A stretch of DNA of 64,000 nt, taken from Owenia fusiformis. Its lineage: Eukaryota. The stretch spans positions 30,008,001 to 30,072,000 of the forward strand of contig CAIIXF020000001.1 in NCBI GenBank assembly GCA_903813345.2, read 5' to 3'. The position numbers and the translations under genes are program-made. The notes under the pieces are model-generated. The model was not told the DNA's origin. It saw only the letters and a program-made list of their open reading frames with translations, and did not search any database. How positions within the stretch are numbered: position 1 is the first letter of the stretch; each line of letters begins with the position of its first letter. This document shows, piece by piece, positions 14,701 through 24,516 of this stretch.

Positions 14701-17700
14701 TTTAGATAACTTAACATTATATGAACATACAGTATGCAGAAATATTTATTTAATGTTGCTGTTTTTCCAGTCACAATCTAGTCAGGTATGTTATAGGTGT
14801 ATGTTACTGCACTGAAGTAATTTTTTGACAATCAAATACATGTTCATTTCATGTATATAGATTGCAGTTTGCTCTACATATTGGTGTTAGCCTACTAAAT
14901 ATATTTTAAGGCATGTTTGATTTCATTTCCTAACACTCAAAAAATGTTTATTTTTTGTATTGATTTAATCTGTTTTCTTCAGATTAAATACTCTTTTTGT
15001 TATTTTTTTAATGATTTTATCTGTTTTTCTCGGATGGTGTCTTTTCTTCCATTAGAGCTCCAAGAAATAGATCCTTAGATAGTGGGTTATTTTTTAATTC
15101 TTTTTTCCCTGATCATATTAACAAAAGTTCTCTGTTATCAAACAATAGACTTCAGATAAACATAACCATTAGATGAAGCTAGGTGAAAGTATGATATTAG
15201 CTTTAAATGTTTATACAAATATTTGTAAATTAAGATTTACATGTTTTTCTTTTTTCCAAGTTATGTCCTTTACTTTGAAGTGACTAAAGCACAATCTGTT
15301 CAACTTAAATTTCCAAATTAACCTTCAAACTGAAATACTCCGTCCACTATCCCACGTCACCCTGTATTGATGTCATAATATTGTAGTCTGTTTATCCCAG
15401 TTTTAACATTTTAGTCCAGTCCACCGTGTATGTTTTAACATTTTAAGTGTGACATGATTTTAATGTCCTGCACATGAATATTGTGTCGTTTAGTTGTATT
15501 TTGTAATTGTTTATTGCACAATTGCTTCATTCATTACAGATGTTCAGTAATTATACCGTGTAGTCTTCTATAGACTATTATAAGTAATGTTAACTAGCGA
15601 TATAGAATACAGATTGCATTGGGATCACACTTTCTGAATGAAACTTGTTGGTTTTGGCCTATTTCTTGTTCATAAGGAGGGTACCTGAACAGACTGAGAT
15701 ACATACCAGGAACTTGTACCTTGAAAAGGTGATCACTACTACACACCATATAAACCTAAGATGCATCCAAGCTATGTGTCTGACTGAATCATGGATTACT
15801 TAGTACACCATTGTGTTTATTATCCCATCGAATGAAGTTTGGAGGGATATAGGGAATGCCTTCGTCTGTCCGTCCATCCATCCGGGCAATAACTCAAATA
15901 CTGTTGGCCTAATTTTGTTCATATTTTGTAAACATATACCCTATGGGAGTAGAAGTTCTGCTCGAAAGCCGATTTTCAAAATGGCAGCTCATTCAAAAAT
16001 GGCGGCCATTTTAGTGCTGATTTTACGGTAATTTAGGTACAATATGTAAGACTGTAATACCAATATGTTTTAAATGTAAAAAAAATATACAGGACATTAA
16101 TAAAGCTAGAAATGTAGATCTTAAAGAAGCACATGGCAGCCATCTTGAAAAATGGCGGCCTTTACTCGCTATTTTACAATTTTTGCTGTAACTCGAAAAG
16201 TAATGGAGCGATTTTGTTCAGATTTTGTATGTGAATACTATAAGCATGGCACACTGTCTGATTACACTTTTGGTAGAAGGCGGCCATTTTTCAAACTGGC
16301 CGCCATTTTAATGTATTTTACTATAACTCGAAAAGTAGTAGAGTGATTTTGTTCATATTTGGTATGTGAATGACACTTTTGGTAGAAGGCGGCCATTTTG
16401 AAAAATGACCGCCATTTTAACGTCTTACTATAACTCAAAAAGTAGCAGAGCGATTTTGTTCATATTTGGTATGTGAATACTATAAGCATGGAGAAGGCGC
16501 ACTGTCTAATGACACTTTTGATAGAAGGTGGACATTTTGAAAAATGGCTGCCATTTTTGCTACATACTTTGTTTGTAAAAATGCCAGCCATGGCTGTTCA
16601 ATGGGATTTGCTACGCTTTGGCGTTGCTGTTGTCTAGTTTACACATGGAGTTAAACTGTTGATTGTTTGTCTTGTGTGAACTAGCCATCATCCAACTATT
16701 CTACAAGTTCCTGCTAATAATTTAGTCTTTACAGGTGTCCTGATAATATTTCTTACCATTGTAGATATGCAAGTATGTCTTCTTTTGTCCCTTAGTTTGT
16801 CATTCAAACTTTATTCTTCCTCTGTCTTTTAATGAAACAACAAAAACTATGTTCATGTAGTCATTTTAGTCTCTGGGTGTGTATCTATTAGCAGCACGTC
16901 GATGACTGAAAATTGTTATGATTCTACACAAAGATGAAATGTGAATGCATATATTAGATAATTTTAGAATATAACTGAGCAATGAATCATCTTTTCTTTT
17001 ACTTGTTATATTCTGTTTTGGTGTGTCAAGTTTTTAATGTTTTCATTGGTCCATGGTGTGTTTATTCTTAACCACAAACCACTGTTATCAATGTTGACAC
17101 TCACATGTTACTTGTATTAGTGATCATTTTGGATAGTTTGACTTAAAATGAGACCATCCTCTCATTACTTATATGTCACACTGTATAGTATACATAGCTG
17201 ATGCTATTGCATATCTTGTAGGATCACTGGTTCAGTTGAGGAGACATTTATTCACCAACAGCTGCTTGTACTCCAAGAGAAGGGACTTATAACAGAGAGA
17301 GAGAATGGAGCTTGGGTCAGGAAAGTCAAGGATGAAGCTGCAAGTGAGTAAATCTTTGGCTTGTATGATACAAGAGAGGTGAAATTCCTAATATTCAAGC
17401 AGCACCCAATATTCAATCATTGTTTGTTTTTTATAATAAGAAAGCACAAGGGTCAACATTTGAACTTTACAAATGCACAAAATCTTCATGAAGTAGATCA
17501 TAAACCTGATACAACCAAACGTACCTAGTCGTGGTTTAGCAATTGTTATTGAACCATTGTTTCAAAATTTTAAAACACTTAACTTGAATTGAATTCTGTC
17601 TCACATTTTCCTTATTTTATTTGATCACATATTTCTTGTCTTTAACTTGGGTAAATCAGTTATACTACTCATTATTTGTTTAATAAATTAGTGTTTGCTA

Positions 17701-20700
17701 TTATTGAAAAAAACTTTTCATGAAAATGACGATAATGATCTTAGTCTTTAATGATATTACTTGTTGTATTTTGCAGAGGTGCAAGTTGTGAACAACATGC
17801 CTGTTTATCACAAGAAGGAAGACAAGCCCACCATTGCCATCATAACCTCAGACTACTATGAGAAACTGGCTGTCGATTCCATGATTGAGGACAAAACCAC
17901 ATTCGTCAAATACAAAACTGAAGGTAAGATTTCATTACATTCATATACAGTAAAACCTGTAAAGTGGAACATCTCTGTTAGTGGAACACTTGCTGACCCC
18001 AAAATTTGCAGTCTTAACAACAAGAGTTGCCTGTTTGTAGAGGAAATGAATTCATTCATGGCTTAAAGTTGATTGTTTCTTCATTTTCAGGTGAATCCAA
18101 TGTGTATACTATTGGTTTCATTGGGCCCCACAAGGTTGTCTCCACAAAACTTCCCCAGATTGGTCGCCAGAGGGCAGCACAGATCTCCTCTGGCAACACT
18201 ACCACACGATTGTTAGGTAGGTTAAATTCACATTGTTTATTTTTTGTCCTGTGAATGTTCATCTTCCTGGTTATGATTGATAACAAAATCATATATGTTT
18301 TTTCAACTAAGTAAGAAGTTTTGTCTAATGTTGATTTTGATGAAATCTAGATACAAGAAACATCAATATTTTTTCCATATTTTGTGTTTGTCTGGGAAAT
18401 TCTAAAGGGACAGATGGTGTTTCAAGGCAAAGTGTGAGAGTTCAGACATGTTTAAATTGATGCTAGCCAAGTCTGGATTTTTAGGGCCTGATTTTTTTAA
18501 AATATAATCAAATTCAATTCTGTATTTCACATCTCTTTCAATGTAACATATGACAATGTATTAAAAAGACAATTAGATTTCTATAATAATTTTTCGTAAT
18601 ATTTTTGAGACACTGTTCTTAATTTTATGAATCTACATTTCTGAGTATTTCATTCAGTTCATTTATTCAAGACATAACATAACCATGTTTTAATAGCTCT
18701 AAACTTCATATTTTATTTTCATTCCAATTTCTTTGACATATTTATTTAATAATGTCCGTAAACTGGAGCATGGTGTACATGGGCATGTGGAGCAGGGTGG
18801 TATGGTGCTGGTACATAGTGGGGATTATAGGCTGCCTTGCTGCAGACCTTAGTAGAATCATCAAAGGCAGTACCTAGAACAAGCATATTAATGATAATAA
18901 ATGTTAGGATTGGTTGAACAGAGGGATATAATTTCAAATAACAGACTAAAGGCTAGCTCTTGTAATTTTAACATGTACAACACACGGAGTTATGTCTCAG
19001 GCGGGCTTTTCATACATAAGTAACCTGAAAGAGGTGAATGTCTTACCGTATGGGCATCTCATGTAGAAAGGCTTGCAGCAGCTACATGTCTCTCCATTCT
19101 TGTTGTCACATCCACACTGGATGAAGCCATTGTAGTTGTAACGGTCAGCAAAGAGACCACTGGGGTTGTAGGCGCACTTGCCGTCACAGGGGTCTGAAAT
19201 TATTGTCCGTTATTTATCCATTATTTGATTGCAATCACAGTATAATGAAATTGAGTTTTGATTCTACTGTTTAACAATAACATTCTAATCAAGTTATTCC
19301 ATACAGTACACGTGTGTCTTTGCTCATCATCATCATCATCATCAATGAAATATATGTTAGCTCTTGTTCTTGTATAGTTAGGTTTTTTAAAATGAGTTCA
19401 ATTCTATTCTGAACACTTTATATATATAAGATATTTCCCAAAATATTCAACCCTGTGATCCTTGTTTATTCTTTACTTCTTGCTTTTGCTAATAAGATTC
19501 GGTATTATTTTCTAAACTCACTGTAGTGTCCATAGTATGCAGGTTTGTAGCCGCAGACTCCCTCTTCTCCCAGCTGTCCAGCATTGCACAAATCTCCCTT
19601 GCAGAAGAAGTAGAAGGACTCTCCCTGGTAGGCACACTGTCTGTAGGCAGATACACCAAGGGGGAGGTTCTCTGGGTTGGCACACCCACGGTATACAACT
19701 GGAATGAATAGGGGATTGAGTGAAAAATCTCTGATTTTGAATTTCATAAAACCTTCATAATAATATCAGTGATTTACCTTTCAAAAGCTATTTCCACACT
19801 TTGTAAAATCAAGTCATTCTCCTTGTTCAAAAATATGAAACCTAAACATTTCATAGAGATGTGGGTCGGGGATACTTACGTCCATTTTTGTCCCTACGGA
19901 TGAAGCATGTTCCAGAAGAGCAGTGCCATTTGTCAAGGCTTTCAGCATCATCTTTGTCAGTCAGAGCGCATCCCTCATAACCAGCGTTGGAGGAGACACG
20001 CTTCCAGTAGTTCACGTGGTAGCTGTAGCCTGATGGGGCATAGTTGCAGTCGAAGCATCGGGCTGGAGTAGTTACAAAAACAATCATTATCATTCAAGAA
20101 TTCATGATACTTGTTCTAAGTGCCATTCATAGATTTTGTGATATCTTATACATTCACTGTAGTTCCATTAATGTCAAGACAAAAATTATATATTTTTTAT
20201 ACATGTGTTTGTAAATGCTGCAGCATTTTAAAGCAGAATTCAGAACCGCCCCATGGCCATATAAAGACAACAGAGAATGCATTTTATCGATATATGAAAT
20301 AGTTCTAACTGTACTTACATCCATATCCCTCTGCCAGAGCTGCGGCAATTCCTGCAATAAAGATGGCTGTTCCAAACATGTTGATTGCTTTTTGAGTCGA
20401 CTTGAACTCTGATAAAAATTTAAGACCAAGGATCTTCTTTTATAGCACTTGATACAAATGAGGATCGGCATTAATTGGCCCAAAGTTGCATATATTAGTT
20501 AATTTGTTCAAAAATACACCATAATAGCTTGTGGATAAATAGTTGAGTAATCATTTCCAACACAGGATTTCAGTATAGGCCTTAAGGTTGCAATTTTATG
20601 TTTTTCACAATGACTGCAATGAATGTTTGAAATTAATCTAAATATCAGGGATTCAAAAAGACCATAATATTATTGCAGTTTTAATCATGAAGATTAATCT

Positions 20701-21917
20701 TTATAAATAAGTATATTTGTAATGATGATGTCATGGAATCCAATGTGAACTCTTATTTCAATTGGCTTGGCCTGATTTATTTAATTACTAATTAGTGAGG
20801 CCATTGTTTAGTGGACCAGACAGAGCAGTGTTTGGAATTTAACACTTTATTGTTGGTGAGATAAACACAGTAACATAATTGAGGCCGATATCTTTTCAAT
20901 AGGAGGCAGGACTTGAATAGGTAGCAGTTCACTAATTTTCTCCAGTTGGTTGTTCTTCTCACCTGTCCCATTAGTTTATGTGTGAATATTGTGAGTCTTA
21001 AAACCCTGCATACTACATACTACATAAATCAAATTAATATCACATTAATATCACATTCTCTCATCATAATTATTTATTAACATGTTTCAAGTTTCGATAT
21101 CTCAACTTTTTGAGATTTTTCATCTAAAGATGAATTGTTGTGCATTTTAACCTTTGATAAAATGAGATGTTTCTGTGTATTTACAGGTAGTTTCTCTGAG
21201 GTGGAACATGTCTTCCTGGTTGGTGTAGGAGGTGGGGTTCCCCATTACACCGATTTCTACAAGCATGTGAGGCTTGGTGATGTCGTTTGTTCTGCTCCAA
21301 ATCACAAGGGCAGCTGTTACATCTATTGCGACAAGCTGAACATGAATGAGGAAACTCAGGAGATCACATACACCTTGAAGAGCTGGTCCCCTCCCTCGGA
21401 TATCGCATTGAAATTGATGCAAACCATGCTGGAAGAAAATGCCGCCAACCTCAGTAATTCTCCCTGGGAAAAATTTGTACAGGAGGGTCAGGAATACTTA
21501 CAAGTCCAGGAAGCTGATTTCTCGCGCCCCCTTCCAGAGTCAGACAGACTCTACATGAATATCGGAGGTAGTGATGTCATTGAGGTTGGACATCCTCCAA
21601 TCCCTGATGATGCCGAATATCGCCCTAATGCACCAACAGTTCGTCTGGGAACATTTGGAGCTGGAAAACCAATAGTGAAAGATGATGCCATAAGACTGGA
21701 CTTTGCTGCAAGGCAGAATCTCATGGCATACGATGATGAATTCGATCAAGTGATGGAATCTATTGTCGGAAATAGGAAGGATAGTTTTATGTTCATCAGA
21801 GGCATAGCGGACTATTCTGATGGCACTAAGGGCAAAGAATGGGCCCCATACGCCTCACTTGTAGCTTCTGCAGCTATGAAGGCTATTATCCTTAGATTGC
21901 CCACTTTGGACTCGTAG
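5719..21917 (+). CDS. 568-aa protein: uncharacterised N-terminal domain + winged helix-turn-helix + C-terminal nucleoside phosphorylase (Pfs/PNP_UDP_1-like) domain; 10 coding exons
   Basis: Exons join(5719-5728,9252-9398,9975-10057,10305-10416,11002-11124,13891-13996,17222-17343,17777-17923,18091-18216,21187-21917) all have AG/GT boundaries and compatible phases, totalling 1707 nt with an open frame (MQDEKIVMTPTKK...LRLPTLDS*). The C-terminal part has Pfs-type motifs (IAIIT..YEKLAV, YTIG.IG.H.VV, FLVGVGGGVP, VRLGDVV, FIRGIADYSDG, EWAPYASLVASAA). The middle ENLLQILESAYP...LQEKGLITERENGAWVRK has a winged-helix pattern. The first micro-exon/start is the least certain part. Confidence 0.88.
7759..7918. 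repeat. ~160-bp imperfect palindrome (hairpin-type non-autonomous element end)
   Basis: gtatcattcttcattgga...tactaacccat pairs with atgggttagta...tccaataaagaatgatac. Confidence 0.6.
10425..10900 (+). mobile_element. Degenerate Helentron-type HINE fragment
   Basis: Residual ccatcc microsatellite and repeated aaaatggcc motifs like the intact copies at 15816, 53681 and 57855. Confidence 0.45.
11328..12071. mobile_element. Fold-back MITE: near-complete ~745-bp palindrome (arms ~370 bp, centre ~11700)
   Basis: cacacccggtgatc...gatcaccgggtgtg termini in a TA-rich context; the inner arms 11590-11700 and 11700-11830 are almost perfectly complementary. Confidence 0.88.
15816..16638 (+). mobile_element. 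Helentron-associated HINE/pearl-like element, family A, copy 1
   Basis: 5' tcccatcgaa subTIR with a partial inverted copy, (GTCC)n microsatellite, ~115-bp tandem units with aaaatggcggcc, 3' subTIR, cgctacgctttggcgttgc stem-loop and T-rich ends. Confidence 0.8.
17946..18062. mobile_element. Truncated small Tc1/mariner MITE (tacagtaaaacctgtaaagtggaac family)
   Basis: Same terminus as the copies at 37375 and 38096. Confidence 0.6.
18746..20379 (-). CDS. Secreted 231-aa cysteine-rich protein: signal peptide + Ly6/three-finger (quiver/sleepless-like) domain + chitin-binding type-2 (peritrophin-A-like) domain + His/Tyr/Pro-rich tail; nested in intron 9 of the + strand gene
   Basis: complement(join(20379-20319,20062-19880,19698-19522,19193-19047,18873-18746)): all introns are GT-AG and phase 1, total 696 nt. 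Translation: MFGTAIFIAGIAAALA-EGYGSRCFDCNY...C...WHCSSGTCFIR...VYRGCA...C...FCKGDLCNAG...NPCDGKC...GLFAD...GFIQC...MRCPYGTAFDDSTKVCSKAAYNPHYVPAPYHPAPHAHVHHAPVYGHY*. Confidence 0.88.
20405..20446 (-). promoter_or_regulatory. TATA box and initiator-like element of the nested gene
   Basis: Minus-strand TATAAAAG at 20444-20437, then a TCAGAGTT Inr-like motif about 30 nt downstream (20412-20405), then ATG at 20379. Confidence 0.6.
21187..21917 (+). CDS. Terminal coding exon of the wHTH-PNP gene (core of the nucleoside phosphorylase domain)
   Basis: Acceptor ttacag|GT at 21186/21187; ORF track 21135-21917; motifs LVGVGGGVP, RLGDVV, RGIADYSD. Confidence 0.93.
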
Positions 21918-21963
21918 CTTCTGCAGCGATGAAGGCTATTATCCTTAGATTGCCCACATTGGA
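21858..21963 (+). repeat. 53-bp tandem duplication of the last codons of the wHTH-PNP gene
   Basis: 21858-21910 versus 21911-21963, three mismatches. Confidence 0.93.
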
Positions 21964-22582
21964 TAGTCAGCCTTAATAATACAGTTCTATACCTGAATGT
22001 AGCATAGCTTTTTGTACTACTAACCTACATCTAGGCCATGGGAGTGTTGTGCAAAAGTAAAATAAATTATGCTCCGTTTATAATAAAATCTCCCAAAAGT
22101 GAACACTCTTGGAACAATGTAAAAATTGTTTAAGACTGTTCACCTTATATGGGGGTACAAGCTAGAAGTTTTACTGTATTATCGTTTGAATAAGATAACA
22201 ATAATGCTCTGCTGCAAAAAATCAATGTAGGATAGCTATTTATTTCAATACTTGGGTCTCATATAGTTAAGGTCTGCTAACATTGATATTATAAATGAGA
22301 TGGTAGAAAATATTAACTAGAATGCTTAATTTTGCCAAATGCACAATGCTGACAGCCTGTAATGTCCTTTTTGAATAACATTTCTCAAGTATGCAGCATC
22401 TATCAACATAAGCTAATGGGTGAGGTTGAGTGTCTGAGATTTAACAAGTATGATTATCCTACATTGGTCTATTGCAGTGGTTTATGTAATTAGATTATAT
22501 GTACTCTTGCTTTCTAAATTTATCTACTTTTGAATATCATTCCCAGCAGCACTAAACTCCTGCTAGTCTACTATTGTGTTCA

Positions 22583-23060
22583 GCACGCTAACATTAGTTT
22601 AGTGCGCAGGCCCCTGATGTGTCGCTTTAAGCACTAGGTCCCTGATGTGGCGCTTTAAGCACTGTATAGAGAACCAACAATAATGGCTAGCATTAGTTAA
22701 GAATACAGGCCCTTGATGTGTCACTTTAAGCACTAGGCCCCTGATGTGTCGCTTTAAGCACTAGGTCCCTGATGTGGCGCTTTAAGCACTGTATAGAGAA
22801 CCAACAATAAACGCTAACATTAGTTTAGTGCGCAGGCCCCTGATGTGTCACTTTAAGCACTAGGTCCCTGATGTGTCGCTTTAAGCACTGTATAGAGAAC
22901 CAACAATAAACGCTAACATTAGTTTAGTGCTCAGGCCCCTGATGTGTCACTTTAAGCACTAGGTCCCTGATGTGGCGCTTTAAGCACTGTATAGAGAACC
23001 AACAATAATGGCTAGCATTAGTTAAGAATACAGGCTCCTGATGTGTCACTTAAAGCACTG
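22583..23060. repeat. Composite minisatellite in the probable 3' UTR: ~28-bp subunits within ~99-bp higher-order units
   Basis: Repeated ggcccctgatgtgtcactttaagcacta and gtatagagaaccaacaataa...gctaacattagtt blocks. Confidence 0.9.
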
Positions 23061-24074
23061 TCTTAATGGGAACCTAAAGAAGGCCTCATTGAATATCTTA
23101 ATAAACTAAATCAAAGTTCTGTAAATGATAAACGAGCATATTCAGGTTTTACTATGAATTCCATGAAATATAGCTTTTTATACAACTAAATATTATAATT
23201 GTGATATTATATGGATTTATAGATGATAGATGGCATCACTGTCAGTACACATAGTAGTTTACACATATATGTCCACTAGACTGAGTGCAAAAATATCACC
23301 TCTTAAGTGCATGGAACTCCCATAAATGTTGACCAAAATCGATAAGGTTTATAAATCTGTTTTTTATGTGTCATTCTACAATTTTCTAACACTGAACATG
23401 CTTGTTTGATTATGGTTCACCATTGGAAGCAAAATATGCATTACCTTTGGATTCATACATTCAATTTTGATTCTTTCTTCCTGAATGAAATTTCAATTTC
23501 ACCCTCACTGTGCACTTAAAACAGTTTCAATTAAAAAGCACTAAAGTAGGGATGTTTATTACTTTAACCTATCAATGCCATGTTTTGAATTTGAGAGTAT
23601 AAATAAACATCTTTAGAACTAAATTTTCAAATAGACTTCTATTTTCTAAAAATGAAAACAGAATCCAAACCATAAAAACAAAAAAAACAGGGCTAAGTCT
23701 ACTTTGCCAAGCTCATTGGGAATTGCTGTTTTAATAATGATTTAAAGCCAGTGAGTGTTCATTAAGAGGGATGGTGGTCTTTTATAGCTTCATCACAAAT
23801 GTTGACTTATTGTTACAGTCTTCAACTTTTTTGTGACTGTCCAACTGATGGCGTTCAGAGTTCAGCATCTGTAACAAATGGCAAGTGGTAACATTTTGCA
23901 TGTTGATGCCTCGTTGAAACTTTGCCACAAGTTGATTTAGTTCTCAGGAAATTTTAGATTTCTCTAGAATTTACTCAATTTTGAAAGCCATTGGTTTAAA
24001 CAGCTCCCATCTTATTTCATCATCAGAAGTAATTTCATTTAGAATTTACTTAATTTTGAAAACCATTGTGTATG

Positions 24075-24516
24075 TAGTAGAACTACTACTGACCTGATTA
24101 TATGTCAAGGGTGTGGCATTTGCGATTTTGCAACAGACGTCTGATTGAATATTGTGTGGCACATTAGAGATTTCACAACCGCATTTATGCAATATACATT
24201 TGTATTACATACCTAGCGAAGCATTTGTATGGAAGTCAATGGGAAAGTTAGCGAGCTATATCCACCGATATTGCCCGATTACCCCGATATAGCCCGCTTA
24301 CCTCGTTTTGATATTAGATTTCTTTAATAACCATGATAATATCATGACGTCACGTCATTGATACAAAGTAACCATGGGAAAAAAGGCATGTAATACATCA
24401 GTTATGTCACTATGACGTGAAATATGCCTTCGTTCTTGCCCAAATATAGAGCCTCCCAAGGTCGGCCTATATTGGGAGAACTCAGGCATATTTCACGTCA
24501 TAGTGACATAACCTCT
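24075..24516. mobile_element. CpG-rich non-autonomous element ending in a ~110-bp hairpin (24401-24513)
   Basis: gttatgtcactatgacgtgaaatatgcc pairs with ggcatatttcacgtcatagtgacataac. The 5' boundary is approximate. Confidence 0.6.

Noticed and set aside
16765-16772. Possible 8-nt microexon (tgtag|ATATGCAA|gtatgt)
   Set aside because: It is not a multiple of three and would frameshift the gene; there is no other support.
13891-17343. Calling the winged helix a true Z-alpha (Z-DNA/Z-RNA-binding) domain
   Set aside because: The recognition-helix Asn/Tyr and wing Pro-Pro residues typical of Z-alpha are not evident; only a generic wHTH is supported.
22583-23060. Repeat-spacer pattern resembling CRISPR
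   Set aside because: The 'spacers' are themselves repeated; this is a composite minisatellite.
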